A DNA stretch of 37,778 nt, taken from Treponema sp. GTDB lineage: Bacteria > Spirochaetota > Spirochaetia > Treponematales > Treponemataceae. Below are positions 8,983 through 17,835 of this stretch, in pieces; position 1 is the first letter of the stretch; each line of letters starts with the position of its first letter. Made by a program: the position numbers and the translations under genes. The notes below the pieces were generated by a model. It ran no database searches, was not told where the DNA came from, and saw nothing but the letters and a program-made list of their open reading frames with translations. The stretch spans positions 1 to 37,778 of the forward strand of contig JAEEKM010000106.1 of NCBI GenBank assembly GCA_016282455.1, written 5' to 3'.

Positions 8983-10149
8983 CTACCGCGCGTTAACCTG
9001 CTCTTTTATAGCCGCCTGAACATCTTTCATCTCAACGACCGAACGTTCATCCTGTTCTGCAATCAGTGCCGCTCTATTCAAAACACTCTCAATTTTAGCA
9101 CAAGAAAATCCGTTAAAGGTTTTTACCAGACTTTGCACACTACAATCTGCAGCAAAACTTTTACCCCTACTGTACATTTCCACCAGCTGAGCCCTTGCTT
9201 TTTCATCAGGGAATGGAACGGAAATACGGGCATCAAACCTGCCAGGCCTGATTAAAGCTTCGTCCAGTGCATTTATACTGTTTGTTGCCGCCAGCACTAA
9301 AACTCCGCTTGTACTTTCAAAACCGTCCAGTTCATTAAGAAGCGCAGTTACAATTCTTGTATTCTCTGTTTCTATGGCACTTCCAGAATAATTTCTTCTG
9401 GTTCCAATTCCGTCAAATTCATCTATAAAAACTATACAGGGAGCTCTGCGCCTTGCTTTTTTGAACAGCAATTTAACCTTCATTGGTCCTATTGCCATGA
9501 ACATGCTTTCAAAATCTGTTGCCTTAGCAGGAATAAAGTTTACTTTGGCTTCCCCTGCCAGTGCTTTTGCAAAGAGAGTTTTACCATTACCAGGTGCACC
9601 CTCCATAATTATTCCCTTTGGCATTCTGACACCCTTTTTTGCCCATTCTGCCGGATTTTTCATTATTTCCATAACCTGGGACATATCTTTTTTAAGTGCA
9701 TCCATGCCTACAACATCAGCAAAAGTTTTCCCTGTATGCCTTACCACCTTAAAAGTATTGGGGCTTATGAACTTTCTAAAGACAATAACAACTGCTGTTA
9801 TAAAAAACCCGTAAAAAACTATATCTAACAGCAGAGAAATGATTTTTTCAGGGTCAGAATCTTCTGTAACCTTAACACTGTTTTTAAGCAGAAACTCTTT
9901 GAGCAGGGGAGACTCCGGGTTATAGGTCTGAAGTTTTACTTCTGTACCCTCATCTGTCACCTTTGTAAAAGTAAGATATTTTTTTCCGATTTCTACTTTC
10001 TTTACAAGCCCCTTTTCCACATCCTGGTAAAAAGAAGCATACTCTGTCATAGGTACAGATTTACCAAGCAAACTGTCCCCTAAAAACAGGTAAAACACAA
10101 GTCCTAAAGCCAAAATCACCGTAATTCCAAAAGCAAGTTTTCTTTTCAT
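8983..10149 (-). CDS. FtsH-like membrane AAA ATPase lacking the M41 protease domain
   Basis: Two TMs flanking an FtsH extracellular-like segment. TFADVVG, GAPGNGKT, VFIDEFD, LLNELDGF, ALIRPGRFD. Ends after the AAA lid with no HEXXH. Confidence 0.85.
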   Translation of the reverse strand: MKRKLAFGITVILALGLVFYLFLGDSLLGKSVPMTEYASFYQDVEKGLVKKVEIGKKYLTFTKVTDEGTEVKLQTYNPESPLLKEFLLKNSVKVTEDSDPEKIISLLLDIVFYGFFITAVVIVFRKFISPNTFKVVRHTGKTFADVVGMDALKKDMSQVMEIMKNPAEWAKKGVRMPKGIIMEGAPGNGKTLFAKALAGEAKVNFIPAKATDFESMFMAIGPMKVKLLFKKARRRAPCIVFIDEFDGIGTRRNYSGSAIETENTRIVTALLNELDGFESTSGVLVLAATNSINALDEALIRPGRFDARISVPFPDEKARAQLVEMYSRGKSFAADCSVQSLVKTFNGFSCAKIESVLNRAALIAEQDERSVVEMKDVQAAIKEQVNAR

Positions 10150-10152
10150 TCT

Positions 10153-10935
10153 TTACCCCAAAGCAACATCAAGTACCATCATAAGAATAAAACCAAGGGC
10201 AAATCCAACTGTACCCAGGTTTGAATGTTCCCCTTCACTGGCTTCCGGAATAAGTTCTTCCACCACCACATAAAGCATTGCACCTGCCGCAAAACTCAAA
10301 AGGTAGGGTAGTAGTGGCAGAATCCAGCTTGTAAGAAGAATGGTTATCACTGCCGCTATGGGCTCCACAATTCCACTTAAAGTTCCGTAAAGAAAGGCTT
10401 TACCCTTTCCGTTTCCCTCTCCCGCAAGAGGCATTGAAATAATAGCCCCTTCAGGAAAGTTCTGTATTGCAATACCAATAGAAAGTGCTAGGGCACCTGC
10501 CGCAGTTATTCCTGAACCACCCGCCATAAGTGCTGCAAAAACCACACCAACTGCCATTCCCTCCGGTATATTATGCAAAGTCACCGCAAGAACAAGCATG
10601 GTCGTTTTTTTAAGGGAAGCTTTAAGACCTTCGGGTTTATCTGCATTTACGTGCAGGTGGGGAATAATAACGTCCAGCAAAAGAAGAAAAGCCATGCCAA
10701 GAGCAATACCTGCCGCAGCCGGTAAAAATGCAAGTTTTCCCATTCCGCTTTCTTCACTCTGTTCAATTGCAGGAACTATAAGTGACCAGACACTGGCCGC
10801 TACCATCACACCGCTTGCAAAACCAAGAAGAAGTTTCTGTACCCTTGCATTCAGACTACTGCTCATGAAAAAAACACAGGCAGAACCCAGCATGGTACCA
10901 AGAAATGGAATCATAAGCCCGTAAAATACATTCAT
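10153..10935 (-). CDS. zupT: ZIP family metal (zinc) transporter, ZupT/GufA type
   Basis: GFASGVM, PHLH, LHNIPEGMAVG, IQNFPEG, SGIVEP, EELIPE. Confidence 0.9.
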   Translation of the reverse strand: MNVFYGLMIPFLGTMLGSACVFFMSSSLNARVQKLLLGFASGVMVAASVWSLIVPAIEQSEESGMGKLAFLPAAAGIALGMAFLLLLDVIIPHLHVNADKPEGLKASLKKTTMLVLAVTLHNIPEGMAVGVVFAALMAGGSGITAAGALALSIGIAIQNFPEGAIISMPLAGEGNGKGKAFLYGTLSGIVEPIAAVITILLTSWILPLLPYLLSFAAGAMLYVVVEELIPEASEGEHSNLGTVGFALGFILMMVLDVALG

Positions 10936-11067
10936 AATAAAAATATAGCACTTATTTTTCTCTTTGCACAGATTCCGCTATTCTATAGTCTGCGCCTTCT
11001 TATAGACACTTTTAATTCATTTCATTACAATATAATGCACAAAAAATCAGGCGTAAAAGAGGATATC

Positions 11068-13443
11068 ATGCCAAAAATTGAAGTAAACGAAAAACTGTTT
11101 TTTAATCTTGTTGGAAGAACATTTGAGTACGACGACTTCTTTGAAAAAAAACTTACCCATGCAAAAGCAGAACTTGACGAAGCTCCAAAAGCAGAAGACA
11201 GTGCCGATGACCGCACAATAAAAATCGAACTTAACGACACAAACCGTCCGGATCTCTGGTCTACTGGTGGTGTTGCCCGCTGTCTGCGTGAATACGAAGG
11301 AAAAGCTCATTCAAACTACGATGCATTCCTTTCTTACCCCGGAAAAATTCAGTCTACAGACAACCGCTTCGTAGAAGTTGACTCAGGTCTTGAACACATC
11401 CGTCCTTTCATGGTTGCCTTTACAATCAGCGGTAAACCGGTTGATGACCCCATGCTCAAAGACATCATTCAGACACAGGAAAAATTGTGCTGGAACTTCG
11501 GCCGCAAGAGAAAAACCATTGCCATGGGTGTTTACCGTGAAAAAGACGTTAAGTGGCCATGTCATTATGTTGCCGCAGATCCAGACAAAGATTCTTTTGT
11601 TGCCCTTGGAGAAAACCAGTCACAGACTCTGCGCAGCATTGTAAAAAATCATCCAAAGGGAAAAGACTTCGGATGGATTCTTGAAGGCATGACAAAATAT
11701 CCTCTTTTCAAAGATAACTCAGGCGAAGTGCTCAGCATGCCACCTATCATTAACAGCGCAACCCTGGGTCAGGTAGAAGTAGGTGATGACGAACTTCTCG
11801 TAGAGCTTACAGGAAGCGACATGGAAAGCCTCATGCTCTCTGCAAACATCGTTGCCTGTGACTTCTTTGACGCAGGTTATAAAATTACTCCGGTTCTGGT
11901 TAAACATCCTTATGACACAGGTTTTGGAAAAGATATTGTTGCACCTTTCTATTTCCAGAAAACAACAGATGCCCGCCTTACTGCAATCAACAAAAAGCTT
12001 GGTGAAGAACTTACTGTAGCCCAGGTTGTAGAAGCCCTTGAAAAAATGGGTAACAGCGTAAGCCACCGTTCAGAAAACGGAGATGAAATCTTTACTGTAA
12101 AACCTGCTCCCTACCGCAACGACTTCCTCCACGAAGTAGACGTTATTGAAGACGTAATGATTGGCATGGACTTAGATTACTTTAAGCCTTCTAAGCCAAA
12201 TGATTTTACTGTAGGACGCCTCCTTCCGATTACAACTTACAGCCGCAAGGTAAAGGAAATCATGGCAGGTCTGGGTTACCAGGAAATGATTTTTAACTAC
12301 CTTGGTTCAAAGAAAACCTACATTGACCGCATGGGAATTTCAGGAGATAATGTAATTGAAATTGCAAACCCCATGAGCGAAAACTACCAGTTCATCCGAC
12401 CTTCAATCATTGCAAGCCTCTTTGAAGCAGAAGCACAGAGCGGTAATGCCGTTTACCCCCACAAGATTTTTGAAGTTGGTAAAATTGCCTACATTGATGA
12501 CACAGAAGAAAACACAGGTACACGCACAGTACAGAGTCTTGGTTTCCTTACTGCTGCCAACAACGCAAACTTCAATGACCTTGCAAGCGAAGTAAGCACC
12601 CTGCTTTATTACCTTGACCACAAGTATGAAGTTCGTGAAACAGAAGACCCGCGTTTCATTCCAGGACGTCAGGCTGCCATTGTTGTAAACGGTAAGCAGT
12701 GCGGTATCTTCGGAGAGATTCATCCCCAGGTGCTGGAAAACTGGCAGGTTACAGTTCCCTGTGTTGCAGGTGAAGTAGACCTTGAGTTCCTTATGTCAAA
12801 CGAAGGACATGCCGGTGTTGCAGAAGTAAAGTCCTCTGCAAAAACAGATGCCCCAAAAGCTGAGCAGAAGTCAGAAAAGAAAACTGAACAGAAAAAAGCA
12901 GAACCCAAGAAATCAGAAGGACCAAAACTTGCCGAAAACCAGATTGAACATTTTGACAAGTATATTGACCTTCGCGTTGCAGTAATCAAAAGCGTAGAAA
13001 CAAACCCCCAGGGTGAAAAACTCTACATTGAACACATGGATGACGGAAGCGGAACAGAACGCATTGTTCAGAGCGGACTTCGTGACTACCTTACTCCGGA
13101 AGAACTTATCGGCCAGCATGTGATTATTGCCGCAAACCTTGCCCCACGTAAAATGCGCGGAGTAGAAAGCCATGGAATGCTTCTTGCTGCAGACTACATG
13201 GAAGACGGAAAAGAAAAAGTTGAACTTCTTACCGCTCCATGGGCAGAGCCTGGAACACCAGTTATTCCACAGGGCAGTGATGCAACTGCAGCCCTTTCAA
13301 AGCCTGAGAAAATCGACATTGACAAGTTCTGCAAAGTGGAATACAAAATCCGCGGTCACAAAGCTCAGGTAGGTGGTGTAACCCTTACTTGTGCAGGTCA
13401 GGAAATTACTACTGTAAAATCCGACAACTGCGACATCGAGTAG
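11068..13443 (+). CDS. pheT: Phenylalanine--tRNA ligase beta subunit (archaeal/spirochaete type) with an extra C-terminal tRNA-binding OB domain
   Basis: NDTNRPDLWS, QEKL, PPIINS, PPYR-like APYRNDFLHEVDVIED, ANPMSE, FGEIHP. C-terminal DLRVA...ANLAPRKMRGVESHGMLL. AGAGGA SD before ATG 11068. Confidence 0.93.
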   Translation: MPKIEVNEKLFFNLVGRTFEYDDFFEKKLTHAKAELDEAPKAEDSADDRTIKIELNDTNRPDLWSTGGVARCLREYEGKAHSNYDAFLSYPGKIQSTDNRFVEVDSGLEHIRPFMVAFTISGKPVDDPMLKDIIQTQEKLCWNFGRKRKTIAMGVYREKDVKWPCHYVAADPDKDSFVALGENQSQTLRSIVKNHPKGKDFGWILEGMTKYPLFKDNSGEVLSMPPIINSATLGQVEVGDDELLVELTGSDMESLMLSANIVACDFFDAGYKITPVLVKHPYDTGFGKDIVAPFYFQKTTDARLTAINKKLGEELTVAQVVEALEKMGNSVSHRSENGDEIFTVKPAPYRNDFLHEVDVIEDVMIGMDLDYFKPSKPNDFTVGRLLPITTYSRKVKEIMAGLGYQEMIFNYLGSKKTYIDRMGISGDNVIEIANPMSENYQFIRPSIIASLFEAEAQSGNAVYPHKIFEVGKIAYIDDTEENTGTRTVQSLGFLTAANNANFNDLASEVSTLLYYLDHKYEVRETEDPRFIPGRQAAIVVNGKQCGIFGEIHPQVLENWQVTVPCVAGEVDLEFLMSNEGHAGVAEVKSSAKTDAPKAEQKSEKKTEQKKAEPKKSEGPKLAENQIEHFDKYIDLRVAVIKSVETNPQGEKLYIEHMDDGSGTERIVQSGLRDYLTPEELIGQHVIIAANLAPRKMRGVESHGMLLAADYMEDGKEKVELLTAPWAEPGTPVIPQGSDATAALSKPEKIDIDKFCKVEYKIRGHKAQVGGVTLTCAGQEITTVKSDNCDIE

Positions 13444-13467
13444 ACAGGTATATCCAAAAGACTTTTC

Positions 13468-13539
13468 GGGAAGAACTAATAGGTTTATAAAATAAACCAT
13501 GGTGGTTGAGGCACTCGAAACCACTCTTTAGTTCTTCCC
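13468..13539. terminator. Composite hairpin between convergent pheT and UDG-like gene
   Basis: Perfect 12-bp inverted repeat GGGAAGAACTAA (13468-13479) / TTAGTTCTTCCC (13528-13539), followed by a T-rich tract. It encloses a small hairpin and a REP copy. Confidence 0.6.
13501..13524 (+). repeat. REP-like palindrome copy
   Basis: GGTGGTTGAGGCACTCGAAACCAC, with one loop mismatch to the copies at 8845 and 8937. Confidence 0.8.
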
Positions 13540-13557
13540 TTATTTTTTTAAATCTGA

Positions 13558-14331
13558 CTATGCAAAAATCTCACTTTTGTGAATTTTTCCCAGTTCCGTA
13601 AGACTTTCTTTTATTCCCATTCCCTCATGTGCTGACATATAGTTTTTTAAATCAATACTGAATCGGTTCATGGAAAAATGCTGGTAGACAAATACCTTAT
13701 TCCAGGCCTCTTCATGTCCTTTGTAACAATCCCGAAGAGTATCCCTGTATTCAACAAAAATCTTTTTGTCTTTTAGTTCCGCATAGCCAACAATCCAGAG
13801 TTCAGGAACAAAAGTTCCCTTTTCAGAATTTTCTACAAGAGCTTTATGTAATTCTGCAGTAAGCGATGCAACTTTTTTCTGACTTTCGCTGATTAGGTTT
13901 TTAATGTCAGGGCTTCCTTTTTTTTTCAGATAATTTAAGTGGTTGGTCTTTGCCGTATGAAGGGGAGTTTTATTTAAAATGATTACGTTTTTCCTGAAGT
14001 CAGTTTCTAATTCAGCATGTTTTCTAAAAAAACCTTCTGCAATTTTTCCACTCTGGCCCACAAGATATTTTGAGTTTACCTTAAGCTGCTCGTCTTTACC
14101 TGGATTGTCTCCAATCACAATCATGTGGATGTCATGATCTTTAGTGATTTCATCATAGGCTTTATTGTAAACAACAGGAAGTTCCATAGAGTAGGGCGGG
14201 GTGTCCTCTTTTTCTCTGATAACTTCTTTTTCCAAGGCAATTATTTCATGCCCAAAGACTGACCAACTTTCACAAAGATTTTTATACTGCTCTCTAAAAG
14301 TGCAGAATGCTTCCCATTGATTTTCTGTCAT
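13558..14331 (-). CDS. Uracil-DNA glycosylase superfamily-like protein
   Basis: Motif-1-like IVIGDNPGKDE, then LVGQSG and ILNK, and a motif-2-like QHFS. Confidence 0.6.
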   Translation of the reverse strand: MTENQWEAFCTFREQYKNLCESWSVFGHEIIALEKEVIREKEDTPPYSMELPVVYNKAYDEITKDHDIHMIVIGDNPGKDEQLKVNSKYLVGQSGKIAEGFFRKHAELETDFRKNVIILNKTPLHTAKTNHLNYLKKKGSPDIKNLISESQKKVASLTAELHKALVENSEKGTFVPELWIVGYAELKDKKIFVEYRDTLRDCYKGHEEAWNKVFVYQHFSMNRFSIDLKNYMSAHEGMGIKESLTELGKIHKSEIFA

Positions 14332-14345
14332 AGCCTGATTTTACC

Positions 14346-16721
14346 TCATTCCTCTTTACTTGTCACCCGATAGTCCCAGTTGTGTTTCGGGTAACGGCCT
14401 TTCATTTCACTGCAAATTTCCGGCCAGGTTTCTTTCCAGAAGTTTTCCAAATCTGAAGTTATCTGCAGGGGGCGGCGGGCAGGGGAGAGTAATTTTAACA
14501 AAAGCGGATGTCCCATTACCTTTGGTGTAGTAAAACAGCCAAATATCTGCTGGATGATTATTTCAAGTACCGGCACGATTTTTCCATTTTGATTTTCATA
14601 TATAAGTTTTCGCTTTTTTCCGTTTGGAAGAATAATTTCCACGGGTACAGATTCTTTTAATCTGTCACCATCTAAATACCAGTAGAGGGCTGAATATATT
14701 TTTTCCCCGCTGACTTTTTCTCCCTCCGGAATAAAGGGTCCCAGCCATTCTGCAGCATTTTCTTTAAGATTATTATACCTTTCTTCTAATTCGGTACCCT
14801 TTTCATTAGACTGCTGTATGTAAAACTGACACCTTAAAAGAAGATTTTCTGCTGCATTTGTAAGCGGTAACCATTCTAAGCCCTCTTCTTTCACTTTTTC
14901 TGCAAGGGCAAGTATATAGTCCCCCTTGCTGACGGGAATAACTTTTTTCTTTAGGACAATTTTTCCATAGCAAAGGATTTCTTTTTTTACCAGTTTTTGA
15001 CTGTCCCCCTCAAATGAGACTTTTACTTTTGTTTCAGAATGTTTATTCAGGTAATTAAGGGCTTCATCTGTACCCATTTCATAAAACTTTCGTATTATTC
15101 CCTGGCGGTCAGTGGCACTTATGTCTGTTGCAATTAAATAATCTGGAGAAGTAAAGGCCTTATCTTCCGGTAGGCCTACCATTCTTCCAGAAGGGAGTAA
15201 ATAAAGACCATCTGCCTGCTTTTTACACAATCTGTCAGGAAAACCTGACAAAAGTGCACAAGCTGTGGAAAAGTCGCTGTCTACCTGTGGAAAAGTCTCA
15301 AAAACAAGTGGATTTTTCTTCCATTTCTGACCCCTTATTTTTAGCAGATTCCTTTGTTTTTCCATCATTTTTGTGCTTATATTTACTGCGGGGTCGCATT
15401 CACTTGCAATGCCTGTGGAAAAGTCTGCATTATTTGTAGGAAAACCGGATAATGCCACACAGGAAAGCCTTACCCCTGTTCCCATTCCAAGCACGGCTTT
15501 ACCCAAGGGAGTAATATTTTCTTCTTTCAGGCAGTTCAGTTTTTCCAGTAAGTTCTTTGCCGCAAGCCAGGCTCCTTTTGGTGGCTTGTCAAACCATTGT
15601 AAAGAAGAGGCATCTTTTGCCCCCCATTCGGCACATTCCAAAACCAGAGCAGATAAATCAGCCCTTAAAATTTCCGGCATACTGGATTTTACCAGAACTT
15701 CATTCTTATTCCATAACCTCACACACTTACCGTTCGTTAGTCTACCTGCACGACCTGCTCTTTGTGCCGCACTAAACTCAGAAACATTCATAGTCACCAG
15801 CTGGTCCATTCCTATAGACTGGTTATAGATATTAGTTCTGTAAAGACCCGAATCGACTACCACTCGTATGTCAGGAATTGTTAACGAAGTTTCTGCTATT
15901 GCAGAACTCAGTATTATTCTTTTTCTCTTACTTTCACCTGCTTTTAATATTGCTTTTTGTTCTTCATAAGGTACAGAACTGTGTAATATACAAACTTCCG
16001 ATAGTTTGTCTGCACCTAACGAAAGTAATTCTTCTTTTGTTTTCCTGATTTCAGCTATTCCGGGAAGAAAGACAAGTACACTTCCACCATCTCCATCCTT
16101 TAGCTTTCTAACCTCATCATAGGCGGCTTTCGCAGGACTTTTATTATCCTCATACTCTATCTGCACTTCATGACATCTGCCTTCTACATGATAAACAGCA
16201 GCTTTAGTGCCATCATTTCCCATATAAGAGGCTAAGGCTTCTGTATCCATTGTGGCAGACATTATTACCACATAAAGATCATCCCTTAAGGTTAAAACTT
16301 CTTTTAAGAAAGCAAGGGCCTGGTCTGCATGTATGCTTCTTTCATGAAACTCATCTATTACTACAACAGACACCCCTTCGAGCATGGGGTCAGATTGGAT
16401 TTTTCGTGTTAAAATTGCCTCTGTAAGAATATGTAAACGGGTTTTATCTGTCACCTTATTTTCAAGGCGCATTATGTAACCGCAAGTGTTTCCAACCTCT
16501 TCTCCAAGTATCTCGCACACCCTGTTTGCAATATTTAATACGGCAAGTCTCCTGGGTTCAAGCATATAAATCTTTCCGGGAAAATGCTTTAATAAAGCTA
16601 CAGGCAATGCAGTTGATTTTCCGGCTCCAGTTTCAGCCGTTAAAATTAAGCTGCAGGAAGGAGAATTTTTTAAGGTCTGGCAAATCTCATCCAGGTGACT
16701 GTAAATGGGCAGATTTTTCAT
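14346..16721 (-). CDS. hrpB: ATP-dependent DEAH RNA helicase HrpB
   Basis: AETGAGKS, EPRRLA, DEFHER, MSAT, AETSLTIP, QRAGRAGR, and HrpB C-terminal LLSPARRPLQITSDLENFW...GRYPKH. Start 16721 forms an ATGA overlap with the upstream gene. Confidence 0.93.
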   Translation of the reverse strand: MKNLPIYSHLDEICQTLKNSPSCSLILTAETGAGKSTALPVALLKHFPGKIYMLEPRRLAVLNIANRVCEILGEEVGNTCGYIMRLENKVTDKTRLHILTEAILTRKIQSDPMLEGVSVVVIDEFHERSIHADQALAFLKEVLTLRDDLYVVIMSATMDTEALASYMGNDGTKAAVYHVEGRCHEVQIEYEDNKSPAKAAYDEVRKLKDGDGGSVLVFLPGIAEIRKTKEELLSLGADKLSEVCILHSSVPYEEQKAILKAGESKRKRIILSSAIAETSLTIPDIRVVVDSGLYRTNIYNQSIGMDQLVTMNVSEFSAAQRAGRAGRLTNGKCVRLWNKNEVLVKSSMPEILRADLSALVLECAEWGAKDASSLQWFDKPPKGAWLAAKNLLEKLNCLKEENITPLGKAVLGMGTGVRLSCVALSGFPTNNADFSTGIASECDPAVNISTKMMEKQRNLLKIRGQKWKKNPLVFETFPQVDSDFSTACALLSGFPDRLCKKQADGLYLLPSGRMVGLPEDKAFTSPDYLIATDISATDRQGIIRKFYEMGTDEALNYLNKHSETKVKVSFEGDSQKLVKKEILCYGKIVLKKKVIPVSKGDYILALAEKVKEEGLEWLPLTNAAENLLLRCQFYIQQSNEKGTELEERYNNLKENAAEWLGPFIPEGEKVSGEKIYSALYWYLDGDRLKESVPVEIILPNGKKRKLIYENQNGKIVPVLEIIIQQIFGCFTTPKVMGHPLLLKLLSPARRPLQITSDLENFWKETWPEICSEMKGRYPKHNWDYRVTSKEE
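15263..15425 (-). promoter_or_regulatory. Intragenic DnaA-box cluster in hrpB
   Basis: CTGTGGAAAAGTC at 15263-15275, 15285-15297 and 15413-15425. It is the reverse complement of the oriC 13-mer at 26247-26259. Confidence 0.55.
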
Positions 16722-17758
16722 TCTGTACCCCAAACTTTGCATAATTGCTTATCTATTCTGGAAAAAATGTTTTTACTCTCTTTGGGTAAATCTGTACCCT
16801 TTAATTTGTCTGCATAAAGGAATATTTCACTTACCAGTTCTCCAGTTTTTCCCGGTAAACGTAAGTTTCTGTCGATTGCAAGACTGGAAATAAAAGTCAT
16901 CCCAAGAAGAATTCCTGACCGATGCAAACCCTTAATCAAAGCACCTGAAGTAATTCTAAAACTACCCAGAGTAAACAATACTTTTCCAAAGGGTACAAAC
17001 AGTGCCATAATGGTTACAGATAGAAGTATCAGTATTGAAGGTAGTAGATTGTATTTTCCTCTTTTTTTAATTAACAGAAGCAGTAAACTTAAGCCTGTAC
17101 ACCCATATAAGAGGTACAGATTCTGTACCCATTGGTTTACCAGAAGAAACGCAGTCAGTAACAGTATATAAAACCCCAGTTTTATTATGGAACCTTTACT
17201 GCTCCTTTCTTCGGTGAAATTTTTCTCCAGGGCTATTATTTTATCAGAATCCATTAATGAAAATTCTTTATACCACTCAGATTTGTTTTCTACAAGCAAA
17301 GCAACTGCGCCCAGTAAAAGTCCTGTAACTGTACCTGTAATCAGAAGAATGGGAGCCACATATTTAGTTCTCTGGCCAAACATAAAGATTTGTGAGCAGA
17401 ATAGCTGTGCTCCGTTATTAGCAAGTGCTCCTGCAAGAGATATTCCCAAGAGGCTTATACACTTTTTCTTTTTGAAAAGAAAATTCAGAAGCCACATAGT
17501 CAGCAGGGAAGAAAAGCTTCCCGCAATGCTAAAAACAACAATATAACTTATTAAAGTTCCGCTGATTATTGCCTGACATAAAACTTTAAGAAATGTAAGA
17601 AGCAAGAGTTCTGGAAAAGAAAATATATTCAGGGCAAGAATTATAGGAAGGTTTGCCAGCCCCAGACGCATAAAGGGCAGGGGTTTTGGAATTGCATATT
17701 CAACTGCAGAGAGAAAGAGACAAAGGGAAGCCAGAAAAGCAATTTTTTGTCTGCGCAT
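16718..17758 (-). CDS. Gx transporter family (heptaprenyl diphosphate synthase component I-like) membrane protein with a C-terminal CbiQ/EcfT-like extension
   Basis: AVEYAIPKPLPFMRLGLANLP and SLAGALANN..Q motifs. The second hydrophobic half contains PFGKVLFTLGSFRITSGAL. Start taken at MRRQK. Confidence 0.75.
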   Translation of the reverse strand: MRRQKIAFLASLCLFLSAVEYAIPKPLPFMRLGLANLPIILALNIFSFPELLLLTFLKVLCQAIISGTLISYIVVFSIAGSFSSLLTMWLLNFLFKKKKCISLLGISLAGALANNGAQLFCSQIFMFGQRTKYVAPILLITGTVTGLLLGAVALLVENKSEWYKEFSLMDSDKIIALEKNFTEERSSKGSIIKLGFYILLLTAFLLVNQWVQNLYLLYGCTGLSLLLLLIKKRGKYNLLPSILILLSVTIMALFVPFGKVLFTLGSFRITSGALIKGLHRSGILLGMTFISSLAIDRNLRLPGKTGELVSEIFLYADKLKGTDLPKESKNIFSRIDKQLCKVWGTE

Positions 17759-17813
17759 AAAAAAAGTGTACCATACTTCACTACTTTTTAACAGTCGTAG
17801 GGTATGGTACACT
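17759..17813 (-). terminator. Intrinsic terminator after the PPIase gene
   Basis: 12-bp inverted repeat AGTGTACCATAC (17765-17776) / GTATGGTACACT (17802-17813), followed on the minus strand by a T run. Confidence 0.65.
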
Positions 17814-17835
17814 GTAAAATCAAAGAACTAAAAGT

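Noticed and set aside
8752-8990. CRISPR array
   Set aside because: Only two exact repeats, irregular spacing, intervening DNA made of related units, and no cas genes. It fits REP-like repeats.
8938-9255. ORF MVEALETT... and similar ORF 13297-13524
   Set aside because: Starts within a REP repeat and runs antisense to real genes.
10013-10021. Single TTTTCCACA in the FtsH-like gene
   Set aside because: An isolated 9-mer is plausible by chance.
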